Shown piece after piece: positions 42,850-55,131 of a stretch of 64,000 nucleotides of DNA. This stretch comes from the human T2T-CHM13v2.0 reference genome, Homo sapiens: the NCBI RefSeq assembly GCF_009914755.1, contig NC_060927.1; one strand, 5' to 3'. Both the position numbers and the translations under genes were made by a program. Numbering within the stretch: position 1 is the first letter of the stretch; every line of letters starts with the position of its first letter. The notes below the pieces were generated by a model. That model saw nothing but the letters and a program-made list of their open reading frames with translations, did no database searches and was not told the DNA's origin.

Positions 42850-45800
42850 AGAGAAAAACACCATATAGAAAGTTAGTACTTGTAGAGATAATCATAGGCA
42901 GACTGTTTTTCCTCTATAACTAGTAATGAAATAGCACTCTTACATGCTATAATAACAACAAAAAACAATAACAACAACCAACCGACAAATAAAAAACATA
43001 AATTTAAATCAAATTTGATGAAGAATGCATTCATTATTTGGTAGAATCACATATTAGCTTCTATTTTAAAATTGTATATGATTATGTTTTCTAGCAATGC
43101 AATACTATAGATAAAATAACAAGATGACTAGAATATTTTATGGATACTTTTACGTGTCCATGAAAACAAATTAGTTCAAAATTACTCTTAGAATATACTA
43201 TATAATTCCATGGAAGCATTAATGAAATTTAGAAAATACTTAGTATTCAATAATAATACAGTAAAAGTCAAAATTTGAGGGCTCAAGCTGAAGTAGTATT
43301 TGTAAAAAAATTTTCTGCCCTTTATGTTTGTAAAGTAACAAAGGACTAATATTAGTGGCTGGACATCCAAACATAGAGATTAGAAAGACAACTGAGAAAA
43401 TTAACAGAAACTGCATAGTATAGAAAATAGTATAAGTGTGGAAATTCATACAATAGAAAAAATGTAATAAAAGATTGCAAAAGGTATTAAAAACACTAAT
43501 AATACTAACTTCTAGAAGACATTTGATTAATACAATGAGAGAAAAAATAAGAAAAGCAATAGTAAAAGTCAGACAAACCATAAATGAACATTGATTACAT
43601 ATAAGACAATATAACATATAAAAATATTATATTGAAGAGGCAATTTCATAGAGAATTATACCTAAATCACATGCACAACAAATTGTAAAAGGAAATATGT
43701 ACATTTGAGTGATAAAACAACACTCTTTTCACAAATGATCTATTTGTACATACAGAAAATGAACAATATAAAATAGCTTTTATTCAACTACATTTGATTT
43801 TCAAAACTTAAAATGGCAAATTAATGATTGAACTTAATTGAGAAAATCTATACATCAAAATATTAAAAAGTAAAAATTAGCTGGGGCTTAAAATAATTTT
43901 GTTTCCATAGACTATTTACACAAGATGTACTTAGAAAAAATAATTTTTTCAGTGCTAAGCAGTAAAAACTGTGAGCTGTCAATAAGTAAAAATTAGAGAA
44001 TGTTGCATAGAACCTTTAATAAGGAAGCTAAGACTTTCTTTAAAGATATACACAAAAAACACAAATAAAAATATATCCTATACTTGTGAAAATTACATAC
44101 TATAAGTATGCTTATACATCTCAAATTAATCTTTGCCTTTAGTTTAACCCAATAAAGTTTAACGGGTTTCCTCAAATAAATTAATAAGCTGATCATAAAA
44201 CTTTAGTGGAACGGAAAGCAAAAAACTTAAGAATTCTTCCTATACTAGTAACAAGTCATATACACCTATTTTATAATAGTGTGGAATATGCACAATAATA
44301 GATAAATTGTATAATGGAACAAAATAGAGATTCCAGAAATAAGCCCAACCGTATATAATATCCTGGTTTTGAGCCAAGTTATATCCTAAATTATTGGAGG
44401 AAAATACTCATTTAATGATTCTGAGACTATTGTATTCACATGCTAAAACGTAATATTGAGCCCCTACTTAATACCATACGCAAAACTGATTTCAGGTGAA
44501 TTAAAGATACATGATAAAAGAAAGACCTTGAAACATTTCAGAGAAAATAAAATAGTTTCAAGTACAGAGAAATCGATAGAGGCAGGAGCCAGAGACATTC
44601 TAGGCAGAAAGAGGCAGGTCCCTGGCGAAACTCCACCTTCAAGCAGAAAAGCCTGAAACTGCTCTTCAAAGTGAGAACTTCTATCCCTGTTTGCCCACTC
44701 TCTCCCAATTGTTTCTTTTTGGATAATGTCTTTTAGCCAATGGAATGTTGCCTTTTCCAAAACTACCTACGGCCCAGCCCGCCCCCGATTCTCTGCTTAT
44801 GAAGACCTTAGACTCAGTCGGTAGAGAGAGAGAGAAGGCTTGACAGGAGAGAGGTGACTTGTCTTCAGAGAGACAGCCGGACTTTGGAAGAGAGACAGCT
44901 TAACTTCTGAGAGACAACATGACTTCCAAGAAGAGCCAGCTGGAGATGGCTGGACGACAGGGGAAGATTACCTTCCTGTCCCTTCCCTTCTCTAGCACCT
45001 TTCTCCTGAGAGCCATTTCCATTACTTAAAATTCCCTGCCTTCAAGTGTCCAGGCGACCTCATACTTCTTGGACTCTGGACAAGAGCTCGGGACCTACCG
45101 AGAGTGGGTACCCAAAAAAGGCTGTCACACTGCCCCTTTGCCCTTGCTGGCAGAGGGCAGCCACCCCACATGAAGAGACAAGGGGGCCCACTAAGCTGAT
45201 AACACGCTGCCCATGGACGGCAGAGCTAAGGGAGCATTGTAACATACCCTCAGGGGCTTCAGAGGTCGCAGGCACCCCAACCTGGGCGCCACCTAGGGGC
45301 CCGCACGGAGCTTGCTCCTGCCAGCGCCCAAAGTGGTGGACTCGATCCCACACTCGCTCACGCATATGCTCCCTCCTGAAAGGGTTTGAGCGCAGCGGGT
45401 GGAGTAAATGGGGCACCACCGTCGCAAGTCTGGCAAAGGGTTCGAGAAAAATGCTGCATCAAAATTAATATATACAATTTAAGACGGAAAGATAGAGTGA
45501 CAACAAAATAGAAATACTCTTTATAATAAAAAGACATCATAAAATGTGATAAAATAAGGCATAGACTGGAGAAAGTGTTTGGAACTTATAACTGACAAAA
45601 TTATTACTCTCCAAAATGTATGAAAATCACCTGGAAACTAAGTATTAAAAGATGAACAGTCAGAAAGAAAAAAAGAAAGAAAGAAAACATGCCTGAAGGT
45701 CATGAACCAATGGGCAATAAACACTTGAAAAATGCTTGATTTTCCAGAGCAATGAAAATTAAAACATTCATGCAATACCATTTCCAAGTCACCTATTGAC

Positions 45801-46495
45801 CAAACATTAAAGTTCACCAATACTAAGCTGGCGATTTGGTAGGGGAGGAAAATATCCATGTATTTCCCTAATAGAGTTACATAACCACTTTGGGAATCCT
45901 TCAGTAATATCAGTCAGCTCTGAAGATAAATAAATTTTAGGTCAGAAGTTTCCACTTATATGCCCTAGGGACTCCCATGCAGGTCTGCAGATACCTATGA
46001 TTAAATTTACTGAAACATTGTTTATAAAAGAAAAAGAAATGACAAAAATCTGATATGTCCCTAAGCAAATGGATTTCTCTAAAGCAGTTAAAAGGATCTA
46101 TCAACATGGATTTATCTCATGAACATAATGTGATTTTTAAAGGAAGCTATATACATTTGGCATGATTCCATCTAAACAAGGTATTAACTGTGAAAATGCT
46201 ATATATTGATTATTCATGCAAACTGTAACATCATGCAAAATGTAACAATATGCATGATAGTTATAAACATCTAATGTAAGCAAGTGGTTATATCTCCACA
46301 GGATTAAAAAATGGATTAGGAATGAATATACTCACAAATTTCATTCAGTTGTTAACATATTACTTTTTGAAAGAATCTAAGGTAACCAGCAGAAGTGAAA
46401 ATATTTGATTTAGCTGATTGTTCCTTATGTAGATAATCATTTTATTGTTATCTATTCCTTTACTATTCTTTTCATTATTTTGTTAATAAAATGTT
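42850..46495 (+). mobile_element. Fragmented ancient L1 (L1ME-like), split by an ERV1 LTR
   Basis: atggaacaaaatagagattccagaaataagccc, cttaataccatacgcaaaa, catagactggagaaagtgtttgg, atcaacatggatttatctc. Confidence 0.6.
44574..45461 (+). mobile_element. ERV1 solo LTR (LTR28/LTR27/LTR1 group)
   Basis: (c)gatagaggcaggag...tgctgcatca, 888 bp and GC-rich, with a 4-bp TSD aaat/aaat; CCAAT (~44737) and GC box (~44778). Subfamily uncertain. Confidence 0.85.
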
Positions 46496-47928
46496 TTAAG
46501 TGACATTTGATGCTTTCTTATATGTGTTTATCTTGATCTTTAATAAAAAATGCTGTTTCTCATTCCTTCATCCACTGAATCACTGAATAAATGTACTAGC
46601 CAAAAAAAAAAAAAATGTACACACACTCACATAAATCTCATCATTTGTAAGCCAATCTACTTGTGCTGGGGTTTAAAGTCTCATCTATTGGAATTATTTG
46701 CATGAACAATTAAGACAACGCTGATAATGACAAATAAATTGTATGTGAATGGAATGAATGAAAAGCACTACTCATAAAGGACAAACCTTTCTGTTAGCAC
46801 CATCCTTCAGCATTAAGAAATTAGTAGTTAAATATCTTTCACAAATGACCAGGTAATTAGACATAATCTTAATCTAGGTCTGCTTTAGGAGTTCAATATT
46901 ATAAACTTTATTTTCTCCAAAATATTGTTTCTAAAAATATATATAATTAAAATATTAACGAAGGTTTATTTATATAATTTCAAGCCTAACACCCAAGACT
47001 TCTACAATCTGGTTCAATTTGAGTTTGGGCCATAATACTGATAGACACAATCTAAAACGCCATAATCCTGAATGTTGAAATCCTGAAAGATCAAAATCCC
47101 AGCAGTCTAAATTCCAAGAATCATAATCCTGAAAGATCAAAATCCTGAAAATATAATTGGAAAAAAAATTTTAAATATTATCTCTTTATATTTTTGAAAG
47201 TGGATTTACTTGAGAAACATATAAATACATAGCAGAACTTTTCATAGGTCATTTTACACAAAAATTAGATGATAATAACATATACATTTTTGCAAGCATA
47301 AACACTTCGGTGCACTAATGACAGTTGCACCAGTTTAACCGTTATGAGCAGATGAATTATATTCACGAAAAGCCAAAAAACGAAATGTATAAATGCATAT
47401 CATTATGGTTGATGATTGTGTGTACCCAGTTTTATAACAACAGTTACTTGAAAATCATGAAAAACCATGTAATTCTTTTGGCAAAACTGATTTAAAAACC
47501 ACAATGGGTCACATATACATATACAATTGCCCAAAAAAATAGAAAACTCTAAAAGTTTTGCTTTTAACAATCGCAAATGTAAAATAAAATCTTCTCTTCA
47601 TTTATTGAGGAAGTTTCAACATCTTCATATACAAACACAATGCTTACACACAAAGCTGACATTGTGGTAGTGCACTTTTGTGGAGTTAAATGTGCACAAA
47701 ACACATAAAACACATAAAGCAAATTAGAACTCTCTAAAAGTCTTTACACAATGTATACCTCCAGTACTGGAAATGATGCAAACATGAAATACATAGCGTA
47801 GTGAATTGGCACTATGTGTGAAGGACCAGAGGTTGTTTATGACTGAATAATTTGGCAGGGAAAATTTCTTACATTTTTTTTCTGCATGTTCACTTCCATG
47901 ATGTTTAAAACACTTGCAGCACTTCTAA

Positions 47929-48300
47929 GTCCTGGAGTCCAAAACTCGGCAAGCTTGGAGTTCTTACATGCAAGGTAGCAAAAGAGAAGTCTGTCCTAGC
48001 TCTCAAAATAGACTAATCTGTCTCCTGTATTTGTTCTCTCTGGGCCTTGGCCAATTGAATGGTGCCTGTCAACATTGAGGGCAGATATTGCCCCCTAGTC
48101 TACTCAGACTCACACACTAATCTCCTTTGAAAGCCCCATCACAAACATACCCCAACCAATGCTTTCCCAGGATTCTAGGCATTCTTTAATTCAGTCAAAT
48201 TGACACCTAAAGTTAAGCCCACAAGTACACCTCTTGCCAACTTGGCATCCATATGTAGCTCCTTAAACCATACTTAATTTCCAATAGAGACATTGAGGTA
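47929..48300 (-). mobile_element. MLT2 LTR part plus ERVL 3' internal fragment (Ricksha cargo); continues at ~49640-49713
   Basis: gaatggtgcctgtcaacattgagggcaga...cagtcaaattgacacctaaagttaagcccaca, then cttgccaacttggcatcc...catacttaatttccaa. Confidence 0.8.
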
Positions 48301-48304
48301 ACAT

Positions 48305-49640
48305 TTGAACACTTTTTCATATGCTTGTTGACTGCATGTATGTCTACTTTGGAAAAGTGTCTGTTCATGTCCTTTGCCCGCTATTTAATGGGGTTGTTTG
48401 TTTTTTGCTTGTAAATTTATTCCTTACAGATTCTGGATATTAGACCTTTGTCAGATGCATAGTTTGCAAATATTTTCTCACATTCTGTAGATTGTCTGTT
48501 TGCATTGTTGCTAGTTTCTTTTGCTGCGCAGAAGCTTTTTAGTTTAATTAGATCTTATTTGTTAATTTTTGCTTTTGTTGTGATTGCTTTTGGCATCTCC
48601 GTCATGAAATCTTTTACAGCTCCTATGTCTAGAATGGTATCTCCTACATCACTAATCATTAGAGAATACAAATTAAAACCACAATGAGATATGTGTTTAA
48701 AATCTCAAACATCTAAAATCCTGGAAAAAAATAACAATTCCAAGATATTAAAACGCTGAATATTGAAATCCTGAAAGCCAAATTCTTGGGAAGGGATTAG
48801 TGTGTTTTTGGTTAGAAGCAAGAAAGTTGCATCATGTTAGGGGAAATTACTACTTTGTTTGTTTGTTTCTTTCTTTTAATTTTTATTTAAGGTTCAGGGG
48901 TACATGCGCAGGTTTGTTATAAAGATAAACTCGCATCATAAGGGTTTGCTGTACAGGTTATTTTGTCACCCAGGTAGTAAGCACAGTACATCAGTCAGAA
49001 TGGCTACTATTAAAAAGTCATAAATAATAGATGCTGGAGAGGTTGCAGGGAAAAGAGAAGACTTACACATTGCTGGTTGGAATGTGTAAAGCTGTGTGGC
49101 GATTCCTCAAAGAACTAAAAACAGAACTACCATTTGGCCCAGCAATCTTATTAGTGGATATATACCCAAAGGAATATAAATAATTCTACCAAAAGACACA
49201 TGCATGTGTATTTTTACTGCAGCACTATTCACCATAGCAAAGACATGAAATCAACCTAAATGCCCATCAATAGTAGACTTTATAAAGAAACCATGGAATA
49301 CCATGCAGCCATACAAAAGAATGAGATATTCTCCTTTGCAGCAACATGATGGAGGCGAAGGCCATTAGCCTAAGCAAACTAATGCAGAAATGGAAAACCA
49401 AACACTGCATGTTCTCACTTATAAGTAGGAAAAACAGTCCCAAAGAGGCAAACAACAGACCCAGGGGCCTACTTGAGGGTAGAGGAACAGAAAAAATACC
49501 TGTCAGGTACTGTGCTTAGTACCTGGGTGACAAAATAACCTGTACAACAAACCCTCATGATGTGAGTTTATCTTTATAACAAACCTGCGCATGTACCCCT
49601 GAACCTTAAATAAAACTTAAAAGAAAGAAACAAACGAACA
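48305..49640 (+). mobile_element. L1PA13-16-like, 5'-truncated, with a twin-priming inversion (48305-48646 inverted)
   Basis: The inverted part starts ttgaacactttttcatatg and the sense part starts catcactaatc (48647); these are adjacent in L1. 3' UTR ends ...catgtacccctgaaccttaaataaaa. Confidence 0.9.
48692..48989 (-). repeat. Inverted duplicate of 49507-49803
   Basis: Manual reverse-complement alignment gives ~14 differences over ~298 bp. Confidence 0.95.
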
Positions 49641-49899
49641 AGGTAGTAATTCTTCCCAACATGATGCAACTTTCTTGCTTCTAACCAAAAGCACACTAAT
49701 CCCTTCCCAAGAATTTGGCTTTCAGGATTTCAATATTCAGCGTTTTAATATCTTGGAATTGTTATTTTTTCCTGGATTTTAGATGTTTGAGATTTTAAAC
49801 ACAAGAATTTTGATCTTTTAAGATTTCAACATTCAGGGTTGTGTCTTTGAGGATTATTAACAACATCATCACACTCACCTCTGTAGACCTACTTCACTA

Positions 49900-50090
49900 C
49901 TCAGGTATGTGGGTTCTGGAACTATGATCCTGACCCCAAATTATTGGTCTGTTACCTGTTAATTATGTGGTCTAAAGAAGTCAGTCTGTCTGGGCTTCCA
50001 TTTTCCTTATATCTCTTTTGTGATTCTTACAGATGTGTAAGGATGAACTGAAATGACATACTTGAAAATACCACACCGTGCATATTCCTT
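49900..50090 (+). mobile_element. MIR fragment
   Basis: gtctgggcttccattttccttatatct...gtgtaaggatgaactgaaatgacatacttgaaaatacc. Confidence 0.45.
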
Positions 50091-50094
50091 CAAC

Positions 50095-50600
50095 AGTGTT
50101 AACAAACTGGACTTAATCAGAAAAACAGAAAGCACCTCAAGTAATTGCAAGAACAAATAAAATGCAGGATCCTACAGTGATGGAGAATTTGAGATGCTAT
50201 AAGAGACAGTGTAGAAACCCAGAAGTTTTCAACAGCATGAAGTCAACTTTATCCCTAGACCAGAGGGACAAAGGGAGGAAGTCATACTAGAGCATAAGGG
50301 CTGAGCTCTCCCCAAAAAAGCTAGATTCAATACAGTGTGATCTACCCAGAAAGAGAGGAGACGCAGCCATTGCTGAGATACCTCTTGATACCGAGAGAGT
50401 AGTGAATAAATATCCTGGTATTTCCCTTTCTCACACTTTTCAATCCCTAACTAGTGCCACATGTTTTTAAAACCAGCAGGAAGCCAGATAACACAGTAAC
50501 CATGAAAATGATATAAGGGATCCATGTCCCCTTCCACCACTTATTCGCCTGGAAAAAAGACAGGGAAGGAATGAATATGAGGACAAATAATACTAAAATT
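50095..50600 (-). mobile_element. Old MaLR-like LTR fragment (MLT1-type)
   Basis: atcagaaaaacagaaagcacctcaagta and aaaccagcaggaagccaga resemble old MLT1 LTRs; highly decayed. Confidence 0.35.
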
Positions 50601-52218
50601 TACACAGTGTTATGGATTTGGGTTTAACACTACAAAGTATTAATGGGCATATACCATAATTACAGAAATGAAAAAAGACCGCTACTTTTCCTATAACCTG
50701 AAATATTTGAAAATATGACACATACCATAATAGAAAAAAAGATGAAGAACTCATATGATAAATTCACAGAAAATGTTTATATGTGTGTATATATGTGTGT
50801 GTGTGTATGTATATATATATATATAAACAAAAGTTAAACATCCTTAAAACACATAACTATTCATAACAGCAATTAGAGATGTTGAATAAATTTATAACTT
50901 ATTATCTTCCAAAGTGAAGAGATAAATAGAACATAATTTGTACATAATATACCTGCATTGTTTTTCTTTTTTACAGGTGATTTTAATGATTATAGACAAC
51001 ATGAAAATACAGTAAGTACAAAAATAAAATAAACATCTCATATAACCTTACGTCGATAGGAAATTGGTATATTTCCTTCCAAATATGGTGTATAACTGCA
51101 AATGTGGAAGAAAATATAAATAGCCTAATGTCTTCTGATGATGATATGGATCATCTTTTATCCACTTATGTAAGAAATTTTACCATTTAATATGCTTCAA
51201 GTGCATAATTTTTAATTACTGTATAATATTCAATTTTTTATATACACCAAAAGTTTTTTATCCATACCTATATTATTAGTCCCTTAAGTTTCTTTCAATT
51301 TATAGGTAACATAAATAATATTGTGATAAAATAATTCTACAAAAATGCTTAAAACGACATTACAATTTTTTTTCAGATAAGCAAACTTTTAAGAAACAAT
51401 AGTACTCGCTCTTCATAAGCCTGAAAGAAAGTTGCACTCTTGTACATATTGGGTGAATAACTTGTTTTCTTTTGGATAATAATTTTGTGTCATATTTCAA
51501 AAATCTTAGTATAATCCCATTTTGACATAAAAATTATTTTTATTTACCTTAGGAAAATTATAATGTAAGAAATTAAAATTACAATGCAAAAAAAATTATT
51601 TTAGTAATACAATATGAAAAGATAAAATGTACGATGTTAATTAGAATAGAATTAGAAAAATTAAGTTATTTTATTTCCAAAAATGTTTAAATTTGTTTAA
51701 AATACTGACACAAATTCTTATTTGTTAAATTGAAAAAGTAAACAAGGAAGGTGTAAAACCATATGTAAACTATGAACCAAAAAATAGCTATTTGAAAGTA
51801 AATGTGTGTTAATCCATTTTTGTGTTCATGTGTACTGCCGTGAACTTGTACACAAAATTGCATGGGGTAATATTTTCTTGTCATTTTATTTACTAGGCAG
51901 AAGTATATATTTATGACTTGCATATCTTTAGAACTTTTCTCTAGATGATGCCTAATATCATATAATTGCTTAAATCAATCTAATGAAGATTGAGGAATCT
52001 TATAATATTCTAAGAGGTAAAGTATAAAGTAATTCCTGAATCATCTAATGCTTATGGGTAAGAATGAAATTTTAAAAAATACATTACAGTTTTACCTACA
52101 GATCTGAGGCAGAGTTTTTCGAATTCTCGTAACACCAACATAGCCCTTGTCTTCACACCATTTAATAATTTTTGAAGGCAGCTAAAATTGTGAAATATTA
52201 TGAAAATAAAAGAAGCCT

Positions 52219-53972
52219 AAGATCAGATGGTTGTAGATGTGTGGTATTATTTCTGAGGGTTCTGTTCTGTTCCATTGGTCTATATCTCTGGTTTGGTACC
52301 AGTATCATGCTGTTTTGGTTACTGTAGCCTTGTAATATAGTTTTAAGTCAGGTAGCATGATGCCTCCAGCTTTGTTCTTTTTGGTTAGGATTGTCTTGGC
52401 AATGCGGGCTCTTTTTGGGTTCCATATGAACTTTAAAGTAGTTTTTTCCAATTCTGTGAAGAAAGTCATTGGTAGCTTGATGGGGATGGTATTAAATCTA
52501 TAAATTACCTTGAGCAGTATGGCCATTTTCACAGTATTGATTCTTCCTATCCATGGGCATGGAATTTTCTTCCATTTGTTTGTGTCATCCTTTATTTCAT
52601 TGAGCAGTGGTTTGTAGTTCTCCTTGAAGAGGTCTTTCACATCCCTTGTAAGCTGGATTCCTAAGTATTTTATTCTCTTTGAAGCAATTGTGACAAACCT
52701 GACAAAAACAAGAAATGGGGAAAGGATTCCCTATTTAATAAATGGTGCTGGGAAAAATGGCTAGCCATACGTAGAAAGCTGAAAATGGATCCCTTCCTTA
52801 CACCTTACACAAAAATTAATTCAAGATGGATTAAAGACTTATGTGTTAGATCTAAAACCATAAAAACCCTAGAAGAAAACCTAGGCAATACCGCTCAGGA
52901 CATAGGCATGGGCAAGGACTTCGTGACTAAAACACCAAAAGCAATGACAACGAAGGCCAAAATTGACAAATGGGATTTAGTTAAAGAGCTTCTGCACCAC
53001 AAAAGAAACTACCATCAGGGTGAACAGGCAACCTACAGAATGGGAGAAAATTTTTGCAATCTACCCATCTGACAAAGGGCTAATATCCAGAATCTACAAA
53101 GAACTTAAACAAATTTACAAGAAAAAATCAAACAACCCCATCAAAAAGAGGGCAAAGGATATGAACAGACACTTCTCAAAAGAAGACATTTATGCAGCCA
53201 AAAGACACATGAAAAAATGCTCATCATCACTGGCCATCAGAGAAATGCAAATCAAAACCACAAAGAGATACCATCTCACACCAGTTAGAATGGCAATCAT
53301 TAAAAAGTCAGGAAACAACAGGTGCTGGAGAGGATATGGAGAAATAGGAACACTTTTACACTGTTAGTGGGAGTGTAAACTAGTTCAACCATTGTGGAAG
53401 CAGTGTGGCAATTCCTCAAGGATCTAGAAGTAGAAATACCATTTGACCCAACCATCCCATTACTGGGTATATACCCAAAGGATTATAAATCATGCTGCTA
53501 TAAAGACACATGCACACATATGTTTATTGAGGCACTATTCATAATAGCAAAGACTTTGAACCAACCCAAATGTCCATCAATGATAGACTGGGTTAAGAAA
53601 ATGTGGCACATATACACCATGGAATACTATGCAGCCATAAAAAATGATGAGTTCATGTCCTTTGTAGGGACATGGATGAAGCTGGAAACCCTCATTCTCA
53701 GCAAACTATCTCAAGGACAGAAAACCAAACACCACATGTTCTCACTCGTAGGTGGGAATTGAACAATGAGAACACTTGGACACAGGGTGGGGAACATCAC
53801 ACATTGGGGCCTGTCATGGGGTCGGGGGAGGGGCGAGGGAAAGCATTAGGAGATATACCTAATGTAAATGACGAGTTAATGGGTGCAGCACACCAACATG
53901 GTACATGTATACATATGTAACAAACCTGCACATTGTGCACATGTACCCTAGAACTTAAAGTATAATAAAAAA
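52219..53972 (+). mobile_element. L1PA4-6-like, 5'-truncated, with a twin-priming inversion (52219-52693 inverted)
   Basis: Minus [28 protein letters not shown], then plus ORFs [18 protein letters not shown] and [13 protein letters not shown]; 3' UTR ends catgtaccctagaacttaaagtataataaaaaa. Confidence 0.96.
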
Positions 53973-54469
53973 GTAGAATAATAAAGACAGAAGTGGATAA
54001 CAAGTTAAAACAAAGAGAGCGATGTACTCCCCAAGGAAAAAAAAAATAGAAATTGTGCCCAGAAAAGTAGGGAAGAATGCTGAGTAAATGGTCCAGATGA
54101 CTGCCCCCCAACACCTAAGAATCCATGTATGGAGAACAATGTGAATAAGGCTGGGATAATAAATACCGGTTCAGTCTCTAGAAAAAAAATTAAAAACCCT
54201 TTCTAAAATCTATTTACATATTCAAAAATACAAGCCTTCAATACAAGCTTTTTATTTTATTTTCCTGATTTATATTTTATTTTATTTATTTTCCTGCTTG
54301 CCTCGCTGGTGGCTAGTGGACTTCAGGAGGATAATACAATATCCTATGTTTTTTCTCTGCACATTAGCCTTTTTTCTTTATTAAATAACTATTCCAGTTT
54401 TAAAGGGAAGAAAGTATAGGCCAACCAAACTGTAGTCCAAAACGTTGAAAGAGGTTAACTGTAGAAAAT

Positions 54470-54670
54470 AGGAAGAGGTACATCACACACCGGGGCCTGT
54501 TGTGGGGTGGGGGGAGGGGGAGGGATAGCATTAGGAGATATACCTAATGTTAAATGACGAGTTAATGGGTGCAGCACACCAACATGGCACATGTATACAT
54601 ATGTAACTAACCTGCACGTTATGCACATGTACCCTAAAACTTAAAGTGTAATTTAAAAAAAGAAAATAAA
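54470..54670 (+). mobile_element. Short 5'-truncated L1PA (3' UTR only, L1PA3/4-like) with a G-rich tract
   Basis: catcacacaccggggcctgttgtggggtgggggaggggg...catgtaccctaaaacttaaag; TSD aaaatagga. Confidence 0.93.
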
Positions 54671-55131
54671 ATAGGATTACAATATTTTTCCTTTCTGTTG
54701 TATTACTTCACATATATGGTGATTTTCAATTTTTATTTTTTATAAAATAGCACTGTATTGATAATCAAATGAAGAATATTACATGTTTATTATGAAAATT
54801 GATATATATGATTTTCCATTTTCTCCATCTTTTAATCTTGTCTGCTATTTTTTTCCTGAATCTGTTTTCGTGATTTTATTTATGCTATTTATTCTTCCTA
54901 GAAAGTCATTTGCTTCCTCAGTTTCCAACAGATTCTAACAGCTTTTCAAATCATTTTCTGAACGCTTTATCATTTTTATTACATTTAATTATTAATTACA
55001 GTAACAATTATCATCATGTTCTTCAATGCACATAGTTTTCTCTGTGTCTCTATATACACATACACACAGAATTCCTAATAATGCATAGGAAACTGACATG
55101 TGTAAGAGTGAGCTGTCTGTGAAGTGCCATG

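Larger units (their letters stand above)
47021..49866. mobile_element. Ricksha (MULE-MuDR non-autonomous DNA transposon) with ERVL cargo and a nested L1
   Basis: Left end gagtttgggccataat...gacacaatc...gaatgttgaaatcctgaaagatcaaaatcc with subterminal repeats; mirrored right end ttttgatc...gatttcaacattcagggttgtgtctttgaggattat. Confidence 0.85.

Noticed and set aside
45046-45468. 140-aa and 119-aa ORFs in a GC-rich island
   Set aside because: They lie inside a solo LTR, and GC richness explains the lack of stops.
47050-47160. Repeated aatcctgaaagatcaaaatcc units resembling a CRISPR-like or novel array
   Set aside because: Ricksha subterminal repeats, with no unique regular spacers and no cas genes.
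48088-48102. Second CTCF-like motif (minus strand agactagggggcaat)
   Set aside because: Lacks the conserved leading CC, so the match is weak.
52305-53762. Reverse-transcriptase-related ORFs as a possible novel RT system
   Set aside because: Ordinary broken LINE-1 ORF2 from a truncated, inverted L1PA copy.
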